From assembly GCA_963703955.1 (NCBI GenBank), contig CAVPGK010000015.1, positions 143,528-207,527 of the forward strand: a stretch of 64,000 nt of DNA. Direction: 5' to 3'. Both the position numbers and the translations under genes were made by a program. Within the stretch, counting starts at the first letter, position 1. Each line of letters starts with the position of its first letter. Positions 41,017-51,543 of this stretch are shown piece after piece. Source of the stretch: Nitrospirota bacterium. GTDB lineage: Bacteria > Nitrospirota > Nitrospiria > Nitrospirales > Nitrospiraceae. The notes under the pieces were generated by a model. The model saw only the letters and a list, made by a program, of their open reading frames with translations. It searched no databases and was not told where the DNA came from.

Positions 41017-41613
41017 ATGGCGGGTAACAGCATGTTGGTCAAAGAGCTGCGCGAAAAGACGGGGGCTGGCATTCTCGATTGCCAGCATGCCTTGTCCGAA
41101 ACGGGGAACGACATCGAGAAGGCCATCGAGCACCTCCGGCAGAAGGGGTTGGCGGCGGCCCAAAAGAAGGCCGGCCGGGAGACGAACGAAGGCACGGTTG
41201 CGGCCTATATTCACCCCGGAAATCGGATCGGCGTGCTCGTGGAAGTTAATTGCGAAACCGACTTTGTCGCCCGCAACGAGGAGTTTCAGACCTTTGTCAG
41301 GGATCTCGCGCTGCAGATCGCCGCGTCCAGTCCGTCGTTTGTCAGACGAGAAGACGTGCCGGCCGACCTCTTGGCCAAGGAAAAGGCGATTTATCTGGCA
41401 CAGGCCAAAGAGTTGGGAAAACCGGAGCCGGCCTGGCCCAAAATCGTAGAGGGCAAGCTGGAGAAGTTCTATCAGGAGACCTGCCTCCTCGAGCAGGCCT
41501 TCATCAAAGACCCGACCGTGACGGTCAAAGACCTCATCGCGCAGAAAATAGCCAAGATCGGCGAGAACATGGGTGTGCGGCGGTTCACCCGTTACCAGTT
41601 AGGACAAGAATGA
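41017..41613 (+). CDS. tsf: Elongation factor Ts (short form)
   Basis: VKELREKTGAG..DC, EVNCETDFVAR. Confidence 0.97.
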   Translation: MAGNSMLVKELREKTGAGILDCQHALSETGNDIEKAIEHLRQKGLAAAQKKAGRETNEGTVAAYIHPGNRIGVLVEVNCETDFVARNEEFQTFVRDLALQIAASSPSFVRREDVPADLLAKEKAIYLAQAKELGKPEPAWPKIVEGKLEKFYQETCLLEQAFIKDPTVTVKDLIAQKIAKIGENMGVRRFTRYQLGQE

Positions 41614-41703
41614 CCTCTCGGGAAAAGGCGCGTCCCTCGGGTAAAAGAGCTGGTCTTGGCCAGCTCGGGGCCGGGTGGGTGACATAATCGCCGGGGTGGG
41701 TGG

Positions 41704-42429
41704 GTGGAAAAAGACGCCAAATACCGGCGCATCCTCCTGAAGATCAGCGGAGAACTACTGGCGGGTGACCAGGGCTACGGCATTCACCCCAAAGTATTGG
41801 AGAGCGTCGCGAACGAGATCCGCTCGGTCGTCGCGCTCGATGTGGAAGTTGCGGTGGTGATCGGCGGTGGGAATATCTTTCGAGGAATCGCCGCCAGCGC
41901 CGACGGGATGGAACGAGCCTCGGCGGACTACATGGGCATGCTGGCCACCATGCTCAATGCTTTGGCGCTCCAGAATGCTCTCGAACGTAAAGGGGTCTCC
42001 ACCCGCGTGCAATCGGCCATCGAGATGCGGCAACTGGCCGAAGGTTACATCCGGCGTCGTGCCATTCGCCATCTGGAAAAGAAGCGAGTTGTGATCTTCG
42101 CAGCCGGCACCGGGAATCCCTACTTTTCCACCGATACGGCTGCGGCGTTGCGGGCAATGGAAATCGGCGCACAGGTCATTCTGAAAGGAACCAAGGTGGA
42201 CGGGATCTACGAAGCCGATCCGGTCACCCACCCGTCGGCCAAGATGTTTGCGGAGGTGCCGTTCCTCTCCATTCTGAACCAAAATCTCAAAGTCATGGAT
42301 TCGACGGCCATCACGCTCTGCATGGACAACCAATTACCCCTGATCGTCTTTAACTTGAAGGAAACAGGCAACCTTCAACGGATCGTGCAGGGGGAGAAAA
42401 TCGGCACGCTGGTGACCGCCGCTCACTGA
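41704..42429 (+). CDS. pyrH: UMP kinase
   Basis: [31 protein letters not shown]. Confidence 0.97.
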   Translation: MEKDAKYRRILLKISGELLAGDQGYGIHPKVLESVANEIRSVVALDVEVAVVIGGGNIFRGIAASADGMERASADYMGMLATMLNALALQNALERKGVSTRVQSAIEMRQLAEGYIRRRAIRHLEKKRVVIFAAGTGNPYFSTDTAAALRAMEIGAQVILKGTKVDGIYEADPVTHPSAKMFAEVPFLSILNQNLKVMDSTAITLCMDNQLPLIVFNLKETGNLQRIVQGEKIGTLVTAAH

Positions 42430-42446
42430 TTGAAGGCCACACTCCG

Positions 42447-43001
42447 ATGAGCCCCACCAAGCAGAAAGTCACGGAGCGCATGGAAGCCTCGCTGGAACAT
42501 CTCAAGCGCGAGCTCGGGGGGTTGAGGACCGGACGCGCATCAGCCGCGCTCCTTGACAACGTCAAAGTGGACTACTACGGAACTCCCACGCCTCTCAAAC
42601 AGGTTGCGAACATCGGTATCCCCGAAAGCCGTTTGCTCACCGTTCAGCCGTGGGAACCTCCGTTGATCAAAGAAATCGAAAGGGTCTTGCTGGCCTCCGG
42701 TTTGGGATTGACCCCGTCGAACGACGGCAAAGTGATTCGCATCCCCATTCCTCCCTTGAGCGAAGAACGCCGGAAAGAATTGATCAAGATTTGTAAGAAA
42801 CACGGAGAGGAAGCGAAGGTCCACATCCGCAACATTCGTCGCGAAGGGAACGAGGAACTTAAACATCTCCAGAAAGAGTCCAAACTCACTGAGGATGAGT
42901 TACGAAAGTCCGAAGTCGAAATCCAAAAGCTGACCGACCAATACGTGCAGAAGGTGGATCAGATTCTCAAGAAAAAGGAGGAGGAGATCCTGGAAATCTA
43001 A
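42447..43001 (+). CDS. frr: Ribosome recycling factor
   Basis: LRTGRAS, YYGTPTPL.QVA, PPLSEERR. Confidence 0.97.
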   Translation: MSPTKQKVTERMEASLEHLKRELGGLRTGRASAALLDNVKVDYYGTPTPLKQVANIGIPESRLLTVQPWEPPLIKEIERVLLASGLGLTPSNDGKVIRIPIPPLSEERRKELIKICKKHGEEAKVHIRNIRREGNEELKHLQKESKLTEDELRKSEVEIQKLTDQYVQKVDQILKKKEEEILEI

Positions 43002-43042
43002 CCGCTCCTCCAACCAACCCGATTCTGACTCATCGCCATTCC

Positions 43043-44164
43043 CTGTCAGCCTCCCTCGCACCCACACTCGCTACGATCGACCTGTCCGCCCTCGCTCACA
43101 ATTTCGCTCAGGTTCGTCGGCGCATTGCGCCGACGTGCGACATCCTCGCCGTGGTCAAAGCGGACGCCTATGGACATGGTGCAGTCGCGGTTACGCAAGC
43201 GCTCGAGAAGATGGGCGTCGCCCGGTTCGGTGTGGCGACCGTGCAGGAAGGCATTACTCTCCGCGAGGCCGGCTTTCGCGTCCCGATCTTGATCATGGGC
43301 GCCTGGCTCCCGGAGCACGGCTCCGAGGTCCTGAACTACCGGCTGACGCCGATCATCTACGAGGCCGACACCGCAGAACACCTGGCTCGGTTGGTGCCCT
43401 CAGACGCGCGCCCTTACCCTGTGCACATCAAAACCGACACCGGCATGGGGCGTCTCGGACTGTCACCTGAAGAGACATTATCCTTACTTCAGTCGCCTCC
43501 CTTTCGCGGCCGCCTCCGCGCGGAAGGGCTTATGACGCATCTGGCCGATGCGGACAATGCAGACCCTGCTTACACGAAGACTCAGATTCAGCGATTTCAG
43601 GGATTGGTTGACCAGATCGAGTGCGGGGGCTTTCGGATTCCGTTGATCCATGCGGCCAACAGCGCGGCGATCCTCTTTCATCCTTCGGCTCACTTCACCT
43701 CGGTCAGACCCGGCATCATGCTCTACGGTTATCATACCGCATCCCCGGATCGACACGTTCCCGATCTTGTACCGGTGCTGCGTCTCACTACAAAGGTGGT
43801 TCAGGTCCGAACCCTCCCTTCCGGACAACGCATCAGCTATAACGGTGTGTTCACGACTACACGCCCTTCCCGCATTGCGGTTCTCCCGGTCGGCTATGCC
43901 GACGGTTACAGCCGGTTGCTCTCCAATCGCGGGGCCGTGTTGATCAAGGAACAGCGGGCACCTGTCGTAGGGCGGGTGTGCATGGACATGACGATGGTGG
44001 ATGTGACGGACGTTGCAGAGGTGCGACCCGGCGATGAGGCCGTGCTCATTGGGCAACAGGGCACACAAAGCATATCGGCTGTCGACTTGGCCGCATGGCT
44101 CGACACGATTCCCTATGAAATCCTCTGCGGGATCGGCCCACGCGTGCCTCGAATCTACCGTTAG
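43043..44164 (+). CDS. alr: Alanine racemase (start codon not canonical/uncertain)
   Basis: In-frame PTLATIDLSALAHN from 43061, VVKADAYGHG PLP lysine, DTGMGRLG, VGYADGY, GRVCMD. Confidence 0.93.
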   Translation: MSASLAPTLATIDLSALAHNFAQVRRRIAPTCDILAVVKADAYGHGAVAVTQALEKMGVARFGVATVQEGITLREAGFRVPILIMGAWLPEHGSEVLNYRLTPIIYEADTAEHLARLVPSDARPYPVHIKTDTGMGRLGLSPEETLSLLQSPPFRGRLRAEGLMTHLADADNADPAYTKTQIQRFQGLVDQIECGGFRIPLIHAANSAAILFHPSAHFTSVRPGIMLYGYHTASPDRHVPDLVPVLRLTTKVVQVRTLPSGQRISYNGVFTTTRPSRIAVLPVGYADGYSRLLSNRGAVLIKEQRAPVVGRVCMDMTMVDVTDVAEVRPGDEAVLIGQQGTQSISAVDLAAWLDTIPYEILCGIGPRVPRIYR

Positions 44165-44245
44165 CGTGGACCGATGCTCACATTCGTTGTCCATGCTCGC
44201 GGACTCCCTTATAATGATCGTAGAGAAACAGAGCCGAGATAGACC

Positions 44246-45025
44246 GTGATGGCGTCGTCGGTCCAAGTCAAACAAAAACTTATCGGCTATGTCCTCGTCG
44301 TCGAGGAATTTACCCTCCTTTGCGCGCAGGCAATCGCGGGGCTCGGACGGTGCCGACGACACCTCCATGACATGATCGTGCAGATCGACCGCGTCGGCGC
44401 CGGCTCGCTGTTCATCGTCGTCCTGACGGGCATGTTCACCGGGATGGTGCTGGCGCTTCAGGGCGCCGTGCAACTGGAGCCTTACGGAGCCACGATTTAC
44501 GTCTCGCGTCTGATCAGCACATCCCTCGTGCGTGAGCTGGGGCCTGTACTGGCCGCGCTGATGATCGCCGGTCGGGTCGGGACTGGGATCGCCTCTGAAA
44601 TTTCCTCCATGAAGGTAACCGAGCAGATCGATGCCCTCCTGGCCGAGGGAACCGATCCCGTTCAGAAGCTGGTCACCACGCGTCTGGTCGCGTGTGTGCT
44701 CATGATTCCGGTCCTCACCATCATTACCGATGGTATTGCCGTCTTCGGAGGGTGGCTGGTCGCTCGTTTTTATCTCGCCATCGACTCCTATTTCTACTGG
44801 ACGTGGGCGTTCGAAGCGCTCCGTTTTCGGGATCTGGTCGTAGGCCTGGTCAAACCCGCCGTGTTTGGCTTCATCATCGCGATGGTAGGCTGCTATGTGG
44901 GATTTCGCACCAAGGGGGGAACTGTCGGGGTCGGCGTGTCGACCACTCAGTCCATGGTGTCCTCGTCGATTTTGATCCTCGGCAGCGACTTTTTGCTGAC
45001 CAAGCTATTTATGGCGTTTCCATGA
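44246..45025 (+). CDS. mlaE: Mla/Mce ABC transporter permease
   Basis: RELGPVLAALMIAGRVG, EQIDAL. Confidence 0.93.
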   Translation: MMASSVQVKQKLIGYVLVVEEFTLLCAQAIAGLGRCRRHLHDMIVQIDRVGAGSLFIVVLTGMFTGMVLALQGAVQLEPYGATIYVSRLISTSLVRELGPVLAALMIAGRVGTGIASEISSMKVTEQIDALLAEGTDPVQKLVTTRLVACVLMIPVLTIITDGIAVFGGWLVARFYLAIDSYFYWTWAFEALRFRDLVVGLVKPAVFGFIIAMVGCYVGFRTKGGTVGVGVSTTQSMVSSSILILGSDFLLTKLFMAFP

Positions 45026-45041
45026 GGGATATACGACACCG

Positions 45042-45854
45042 ATGATCGTGCTCAACGGAGTTGATCTCGTATTGGGCGACCGGCAGGTCCTCAAAAATGT
45101 CTCGTTCGACGTCAAGCGCGGCGAGACAATGGTGATCCTTGGCGGCAGCGGCTCCGGCAAGACGACCATTCTCCGGGTGATCCTCGGACTCCACCGGCCG
45201 GACGATGGATTGGTCCGGATCGATGGTCGCGAGATCACACACCTCCGTCAAAAGGACCTCACACAGGTCCGGCAGCAAATGGCCATGGTGTTTCAGAGCG
45301 CCGCCCTCTTCGATTCCCTGACTGTGCGGGAAAATGTCGGCTACCGATTGTGGGAACAGGGTCTTCTGCCCGATGAGGCCATCAACCAGATCGTGCAGGA
45401 AAGCCTGCGCTTTGTCGGTCTGCACGACATTATCGACAAAATGCCGGCTGAGCTGAGCGGCGGCATGAGAAAGCGAGTCGGGATTGCCCGCGCCCTGGCC
45501 AGCGGGGCCAAAGTCCTGCTATACGATGAACCCACGGCCGGGCTGGATCCCATCAACACGAGCCTGATCAGTCGTCTCATTGTGCGACTCAAACAGAAAG
45601 GCGTCACGCAGGTCGTCGTGACGCATGATCTCGATACCGCCGCTCGCGTGGCAGACCGGATCATCATGATCGACCACGGCCAGATCGTCTTCGAAGGCAC
45701 CCCCGACGCCTTGCCGCAGAGCGACCATCCTGCCGTCCGCGGATTCCTTGATCCCGAAAACCACAATCGTGACGAAACACTGTTTTCCACACCAACCCAG
45801 GTGAAAGACTCAGCATCGCAACGAACAATCGAGAATGCAGGAGAGCTACCATGA
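45042..45854 (+). CDS. mlaF: Mla/Mce ABC transporter ATPase
   Basis: GGSGSGKT, ELSGGMRKRV, LYDEPTAGLDP. Confidence 0.93.
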   Translation: MIVLNGVDLVLGDRQVLKNVSFDVKRGETMVILGGSGSGKTTILRVILGLHRPDDGLVRIDGREITHLRQKDLTQVRQQMAMVFQSAALFDSLTVRENVGYRLWEQGLLPDEAINQIVQESLRFVGLHDIIDKMPAELSGGMRKRVGIARALASGAKVLLYDEPTAGLDPINTSLISRLIVRLKQKGVTQVVVTHDLDTAARVADRIIMIDHGQIVFEGTPDALPQSDHPAVRGFLDPENHNRDETLFSTPTQVKDSASQRTIENAGELP

Positions 45855-46828
45855 CCCAACCCTCACAGTTGACATGGTCCAAGGTCAAAGTGGGCCTGGT
45901 GGTGGTGATCGCCCTGGCCATGCTGATCGTCATGATTATGAATCTCGAAGAGGGCATGGGGCTCATTTCGAGCCAGACGCGCTTCCGCGCGGTCATCGAT
46001 CATACGCAGGGCCTGAAGATCGGTGGACCGGTCCGCCTCAACGGGGTGGATGTCGGCAACGTCCGCGAGATCGGCATCGCGAAAGACTCGGCAAAGGTGG
46101 AGATCATTTTTTCGGTGAAGACCCGAGTCGCCTCACACATCCGCCAGGATGCCTCGGTCACCGTTCGTGCCTTGGGTTTGTTGGGCGACAAATTCCTGGA
46201 CATTCTGCCGGGAACGCCCGAAAAGCCCGCCATGGCTCCCGGCGGCATTCTCATGGGAAAGTCTGAACCAGACGTGACCAATCTCGCATCGGATGCCAGT
46301 GCCACACTCGGAAACCTGAATGCCGCCATTCAGGATATTCAGCGTCTTCTGGTGGGCCTCACCCAGGGACAGGGAACCGCCGGCAAACTGATCACCGATC
46401 CTGGCCTCTATGATCGCTCGCAGCGGGTCCTGGAAAAATTGGATCTCGCATCGGAAAAGAGCGTCGAGATCCTGACGAAAGTGGAGCGTGGGGAAGGCAC
46501 GATCGGACAACTGGTCACGGATAAGGAGATCTATGCCCGCGCCAACCGGGCGCTGAAAGACCTCACCGAGCTGACCAGCCGCCTCAACAATCAGAACGGA
46601 ACGCTGGTGAAACTGACGGACCCCGTCCTCTATCGTCGGCTGGAGAATCTCACGACCCGCAGCGAACATCTCTTGGATAAGGTCGAAAGCGGCGAGGGTA
46701 CGATCGGCAAGCTGGTGAATCGGGACGAACTGTACACCCGCGCGGACAAGCTACTGACTGAGGTGGAAGAATTGGTGGCCGACGTCAAGAAGCATCCAAC
46801 GAAGTATTTCAAGTTTTCCGTATTCTAA
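45851..46828 (+). CDS. mlaD: MCE/MlaD family substrate-binding protein
   Basis: GLKIGGPVRLNGVDVGNV, GLLGDKFLDI, repeated GxGTxGxL helical units. Confidence 0.92.
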   Translation: MTQPSQLTWSKVKVGLVVVIALAMLIVMIMNLEEGMGLISSQTRFRAVIDHTQGLKIGGPVRLNGVDVGNVREIGIAKDSAKVEIIFSVKTRVASHIRQDASVTVRALGLLGDKFLDILPGTPEKPAMAPGGILMGKSEPDVTNLASDASATLGNLNAAIQDIQRLLVGLTQGQGTAGKLITDPGLYDRSQRVLEKLDLASEKSVEILTKVERGEGTIGQLVTDKEIYARANRALKDLTELTSRLNNQNGTLVKLTDPVLYRRLENLTTRSEHLLDKVESGEGTIGKLVNRDELYTRADKLLTEVEELVADVKKHPTKYFKFSVF

Positions 46829-46852
46829 GCGCGCCTTGATGAAGTCGGCGGG

Positions 46853-47161
46853 TTAGGTCTTCAGTTTGCGCTTCAGCCGCTTTTCCACGCTGGCCGTTTT
46901 TCCGGATATCCGTCCGTGATGGCCTTTGCGGTAGTCGACCTTCATCGTGCAGGAGATGCGATTGCAGTCCCGGCGCATTCGCAGAAAACACCGCCTGACC
47001 ACATCAAGCACTGCGTCCCATTCCCCTTCCAGAACGGTCCCCATCGGGTTCAGCCGGTAATCCACCCCGCTCTTGTCGATAATATCCAATGATCGGGACA
47101 CATATTTCCCCACACTCTCGCCTTTTCCCAACGGAGACATACTGAACTCTAAGAGCACCAT
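46853..47161 (-). CDS. MTH1187/YkoF-like thiamine-binding family protein
   Basis: EFSMSPLG..SVGKYV..PMGTVLEG. Confidence 0.85.
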   Translation of the reverse strand: MVLLEFSMSPLGKGESVGKYVSRSLDIIDKSGVDYRLNPMGTVLEGEWDAVLDVVRRCFLRMRRDCNRISCTMKVDYRKGHHGRISGKTASVEKRLKRKLKT

Positions 47162-47163
47162 TA

Positions 47164-47802
47164 TTACTCCTTAGGTCTCCTGGCTTGTTCGTCGATCCAG
47201 GCTTTGGGATATTGAATCGAGCCGGTGAGTTGGAAGCCGTTCACCGCTTCGCGCAACTGAGTGCGTCGCTGCTCCGCATCCGGTTCGGCTTTCCGGATCG
47301 CTTCGCGGAGCCGCTCCAGCCACTCGAGGAACGGCGGAAATTCCTTTCCAAAGATTTCCTCCAGATTCTGCCGGAGACGGCTGGCGAGGGCCGGCGCGAT
47401 GCCGCTGGTGCTGATCGCGACTCGCAAGTGGCCACGGCTGACAAGAGCCGGCATCATCACGGTGGAGTGTTCCGGTTGATCCGTTGAGCAGAGGAGGAAC
47501 CGCTCTTTCAGCGCCAGCTCGTACAAAGATTCGGCATAGCCATCATCTCCCCGCATCGTATTGATCACCAGCATCACCCCATCGGCGTCCGACGATCTGA
47601 ACAAACGACCGCGATGAATGACTTTTCCAGAGGCTGTCAATTTTCGGAGCGCGTCGTTCAGCGAAGGGCTGATCACTGTGACCTTCGCACCAGCATCGAG
47701 CAAGCGCTGCACCTTGTCGGCCGCCTCATCATCCCCCCCAAGAACTACACATGGTCGACCCTTGACATCGAGTGAAATCTGAAATCCAGGATTGGCAGGC
47801 AT
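47164..47802 (-). CDS. Precorrin-2 dehydrogenase / sirohydrochlorin ferrochelatase (SirC/Met8-like)
   Basis: CVVLGG..AADKV..LLDAGAKVTVISP, VAISTSGIAPALA. Confidence 0.88.
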   Translation of the reverse strand: MPANPGFQISLDVKGRPCVVLGGDDEAADKVQRLLDAGAKVTVISPSLNDALRKLTASGKVIHRGRLFRSSDADGVMLVINTMRGDDGYAESLYELALKERFLLCSTDQPEHSTVMMPALVSRGHLRVAISTSGIAPALASRLRQNLEEIFGKEFPPFLEWLERLREAIRKAEPDAEQRRTQLREAVNGFQLTGSIQYPKAWIDEQARRPKE

Positions 47803-47949
47803 TTCGATCTCCTCAGGACTGAGACGTCAGCGAAGCATCATACTGTAGCAAGCCGGCCTGCGTAAACCGCCGGCTCTCCCATTTTGACCATGACCTGGTT
47901 ATAATGCCCGCCGACGCAGCGTTCTATTCTGTGATCAGAAAGGAACGAC

Positions 47950-48399
47950 ATGTCGACAGAGACGTTCCGGACGATCGGCCTCGCGATCGGAATCATTGTG
48001 CTGGCGGGCATTGCCGCTTGGATGGGCCTCGCTCACGGTTGCGAGCAATCTGGCAGTGGAGTGATCGCTGGACATGTCACGATCGATCCGCAATTGGCGG
48101 CACAGGTCAGCCCGACGGATGTCCTCTTCATTATCGTCCGGCGCCCTCAGGGGGCGCCTCGGCCGGTCGCAGTCAAACGCATCGATGGGCCTACATTCCC
48201 AGTGGCTTTTGAGATCACGAACAAGGATGTGATGGTAGAAGGGGCAGAACTCAGAGGTATGGTCGATGTGATCGCCCGGCTCGATAAGGATGGGCGCGCC
48301 GGTCAGCCTCAGGCCGGCGATCTTGAGGGACAGTTTGGAAAGAACCCTACCCTCCCTGGAGCGCGTGATGTTGAGATCGTCATCAACAAAGCCTATTAG
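47950..48399 (+). CDS. Membrane-anchored protein resembling the CcmI/CycH C-terminal domain
   Basis: N-terminal TM; VLFIIVR..PRPVAVKR..FP..F..D.M..VDVIARLDKDG..GDLEG. Confidence 0.7.
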   Translation: MSTETFRTIGLAIGIIVLAGIAAWMGLAHGCEQSGSGVIAGHVTIDPQLAAQVSPTDVLFIIVRRPQGAPRPVAVKRIDGPTFPVAFEITNKDVMVEGAELRGMVDVIARLDKDGRAGQPQAGDLEGQFGKNPTLPGARDVEIVINKAY

Positions 48400-48676
48400 G
48401 CTGCTGAAAAAGGCCTATTTCACCCACCCACCCCAGGCGTGCCGAGACACGCCATTCCGAGCTTTGTTCTCGGATCCAAAAAATCCTCAACGGGGACCCT
48501 GCCGCCTCACCTCTCGGCGGCGCGCACAAACATGGTGCTCCTTATTCGTCGCACCGTGCGCCCCAGAGGGTACGCCTCCGGTTTTTTCTGTCCTGCGGCC
48601 TCGCTCCGGGGAAGAGAGTTCGTCTTGGCGAACTCGGGGCGGGCTGGGTGCGATTGAGCCTTCTTGAGCAGCCTAG
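48397..48676. mobile_element. MITE-like element with IS5-type terminal inverted repeats
   Basis: TAGGCTGCTGAAAAAGGCC ... GAGCCTTCTTGAGCAGCCTAG; begins at the upstream gene's TAG stop; no transposase-like ORF inside. Confidence 0.8.
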
Positions 48677-48694
48677 CCGTCATGACATCGACTT

Positions 48695-49240
48695 CTACCG
48701 GTCCGGGAAGTCGGCGTCCAGCTCCATATTCCAGTAGAGATAGTCCCGCCAGCTTTCCGGAGCATTGCGAATTCCGATCGTAATGGTGATCACGGGATTC
48801 CACCGCGGCTTGGCCGGTTTCCGAATCAATCGCATACCGGCTTCATCCGGCGTCCGTCCACTCTTGCGATTATTGCAGCGCCAGCACGCCGTGACGATAT
48901 TTTCCCACGTCTTCCTCCCGCCTTTGGCGATCGGAACGACATGGTCGAAAGTCAGGTCTTCAGTCTTAAACTTGTGGCTGCAATACTGGCAGGTATACGC
49001 ATCCCTGGTGAAGATATTGATACGTGAAAACTTGACTGCCCGATGGCTGTCTTTCAGTCGCACCAGCTTAAGCAACCGCATCACCGCCGGCAGCTTGATG
49101 GAGATGGAAACCCCCTTGATATCGCGGTCATAAACCTCGAGGACCTCTACCTTTCCTTGCCATAAGAGCGTGATGGCCTTCTGCCAATGGACGACGCGCA
49201 GCGGCTCGTAGGTCGAGTTCAACAGTAATGTCAGTTCCAT
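48695..49240 (-). CDS. HNH endonuclease
   Basis: RDAYTCQYC, TFDHVVPIAKGG, WENIVTACWRCNNRK; GAGGGG RBS. Confidence 0.93.
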   Translation of the reverse strand: MELTLLLNSTYEPLRVVHWQKAITLLWQGKVEVLEVYDRDIKGVSISIKLPAVMRLLKLVRLKDSHRAVKFSRINIFTRDAYTCQYCSHKFKTEDLTFDHVVPIAKGGRKTWENIVTACWRCNNRKSGRTPDEAGMRLIRKPAKPRWNPVITITIGIRNAPESWRDYLYWNMELDADFPDR

Positions 49241-49426
49241 ATCCCCCTCTATGTAAACGCCTCGGTCGGCTGTCTCGAACCGGAGGTGATTCTCGGTAGA
49301 TATGCCACATTCGCCTAGTGAAATCAAGCTCTTCGCTCATTTCATCTTAAAAACCACGACTTGAAGCTAGGCCGCCGATCCACGTACAGTAGGACCGCTC
49401 ATTGACCAATTTGGAGATTCCTTTCC

Positions 49427-49738
49427 GTGAAGTTCGTCCCTATCGCGAACCTATGCGAACTAGAGCCTGGAACGTGCCGGTCTATCGAGGTGGACGGAGT
49501 CTGGGTCGCGCTCTTTAACGTGGAAGGAACAATTTATGCTTTAGATAACACGTGCCCGCATGCAGGTGGACCCTTAGGCGAGGGCAAGCTGAACGGAGAA
49601 CTGGTGGAATGCCCCTGGCACGGTTGGCGGTACAACGTTCGAACCGGGGAAAGACCGGAAAATCCTGATTTCAAGGTCGCCTGCTATCCGGTACAAGTGG
49701 ACGGAAACCGCATCCTGGTTTCGATTCCAGAGGGATAG
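49427..49738 (+). CDS. Rieske [2Fe-2S] ferredoxin
   Basis: CPHAGGPL ... CPWHG. Confidence 0.93.
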   Translation: MKFVPIANLCELEPGTCRSIEVDGVWVALFNVEGTIYALDNTCPHAGGPLGEGKLNGELVECPWHGWRYNVRTGERPENPDFKVACYPVQVDGNRILVSIPEG

Positions 49739-50218
49739 TTTTCTATCGAACGGATGCTGTGGCATTGACGATTCCCCTCCGCCCGTCTCAGCGGGCATCA
49801 AGTCCGACGCCGCGACCGTGAGGGGGATCACCGTCTTCTTGACTACATTCACCTGCCAGAGATATTCCCTCTCGAACCAGCCTTTCGTCACTTTTTCTCG
49901 AATCCAGATTCGAATGAGATAGATATCGCCCTGTTCTCGCTCAACCGTCCATTCCCCAAGCCGGACACCTTGACCGCGAGCTGCCAGAGCCTGGACCCGA
50001 TCGGTGATCGCTTGTCTGATCGTCGGAGCGTGTTGAGCGCGATGCGTTTGGACCAGCGCCATCGCCTCCGCAGCCAGCGGATCGGACATGGGATTCAGAG
50101 TCGGCGGCTTCATCGCCCAATACAGGATCCCGCCGACGACGAGAATCCCCACCACGACATAGTGAACCACTTTGCCCCGTGACATTGAACGGACTGCTAC
50201 AGGCTCGGAAGTGGACAT
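49574..50218 (-). CDS. Membrane-anchored hypothetical protein
   Basis: N-terminal TM (YVVVGILVVGGILYW); 3' end overlaps the Rieske gene antisense. Confidence 0.6.
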   Translation of the reverse strand: MSTSEPVAVRSMSRGKVVHYVVVGILVVGGILYWAMKPPTLNPMSDPLAAEAMALVQTHRAQHAPTIRQAITDRVQALAARGQGVRLGEWTVEREQGDIYLIRIWIREKVTKGWFEREYLWQVNVVKKTVIPLTVAASDLMPAETGGGESSMPQHPFDRKLSLWNRNQDAVSVHLYRIAGDLEIRIFRSFPGSNVVPPTVPGAFHQFSVQLALA

Positions 50219-50723
50219 GGAGGACGTCTTTCGCGGAACGCTCCGATCGCTCAGGACCACGCGTCCTCGATCACAGAGAAACGCGGTTGTTTCTGCCTTT
50301 GAATCCGATCCAACGCTCTCCGGCCTTGTCTAATAGCCCGGTCGCAACAGGCGTGACATGCTGAGAGCCCGATGACGGAGGAGCGGGATCGCGAAAAGCG
50401 ATGAACTGACACCGAACTCCGCTCAGTGGCCGGTGGAGTCTAGCTGGGATCATCTGTGAATTCAGCGGCAGATCCTACGTGCGTTGCTGACACCCGACTG
50501 GCGAAGAGGCAAAGTCCCGCGTAGCCAGGCATTCGAGGGGTCGATCGGCCCTTCCCACCACGATCACCCATGGAAGAATCATAATGTTCACGGAAAAGGG
50601 AAATCAACGACTTCGGTTTCTGAATTGAACACTCTCCTGCAGACTTGACAATGCGGCGAGCCGATGTGGTACAAATACCCGGCTTTGGCTGGATATTGTT
50701 ACATTACCAGGGCTTAGAAAAAC

Positions 50724-51167
50724 GTGACTTTTTTCTTTTATGCCGACAACTTGAATCCGACTCAACTGAAAAGACGCGCTCCTGAACACAAGTTTGTGGG
50801 GAAAGCCTACCTACCAGACCACACTATTCAGTTCTGCCGATGGTCTACTCAATGGCGATGCGGTCTTGCTAGTGTGATCCCGTCACCGGGCGAACGCGTC
50901 TGGGGCATCGTGGCTGAGGTGACAGAGGAGGACATTAAGTCGCTGGATACCTTTGAAGAGGAGATCCCCCAAGGGGCGTTTCGCCATGTGCAAGTTACCG
51001 TTGTGGCTGAGAACGGCGACAAGCAGCTGGTCACAACCCACATCGCCACGCCGATCGGAAAATTCAAGCCCAAAGAACATTACCTCGACTGGATCATCAA
51101 AGGCATCGCGTACTGGAAACTCCCGGATGAATGCCTGGACCTGTGGCGCTCGTTCACGCCGCGTTAA
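50724..51167 (+). CDS. Gamma-glutamylcyclotransferase family protein
   Basis: FFYADNLN, ERVWG, LDTFE, P..HY...I..G. Confidence 0.8.
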   Translation: MTFFFYADNLNPTQLKRRAPEHKFVGKAYLPDHTIQFCRWSTQWRCGLASVIPSPGERVWGIVAEVTEEDIKSLDTFEEEIPQGAFRHVQVTVVAENGDKQLVTTHIATPIGKFKPKEHYLDWIIKGIAYWKLPDECLDLWRSFTPR

Positions 51168-51213
51168 CCGTCGGCTCTCAGTTCAGCTGGTGATATTCAA
51201 ACAAGGAGCGACC

Positions 51214-51540
51214 ATGCCAAAACCGAAGTATCACATCATCGTCTGTACGAACACACGCCCCCCCGGCCACCCGAAACCATCATGTGGAGCGGCCGGCTCT
51301 CCAGGTATTCTCATGGCATTTAATATAGGACTCATGGAGCGAGGGGTCCAGCCCGGGCAAGTCCTCGTGACCGGTTCCGCGTGCATCGGGCCATGCGAGC
51401 AAGGACCAACCGTCGTCGTCTATCCGGACGCCACCTGGTATTCACAGGTCAAAGAGTCGGATGTTGCCGCCATCTTAGACGAACACATCGGCAAGGGCCA
51501 GCCGGTTGAGCGGCTCAAACCCAACTCAGTGTGGGATTAG
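51214..51540 (+). CDS. Thioredoxin-like [2Fe-2S] ferredoxin
   Basis: HIIVCTN.R..SC, CIGPCEQGPTVVVYPD.TWY; AAGGAG RBS. Confidence 0.92.
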   Translation: MPKPKYHIIVCTNTRPPGHPKPSCGAAGSPGILMAFNIGLMERGVQPGQVLVTGSACIGPCEQGPTVVVYPDATWYSQVKESDVAAILDEHIGKGQPVERLKPNSVWD

Positions 51541-51543
51541 TCG

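Noticed and set aside
48290..48803. ORFs inside the 48.4 kb repeat
   Set aside because: Incidental frames across a MITE.
48695..49420. HNH gene as an RNA-guided (IscB/HEARO-type) system
   Set aside because: No RuvC or PLMP motifs, and no supportable associated ncRNA; the adjacent element is explained as a MITE.
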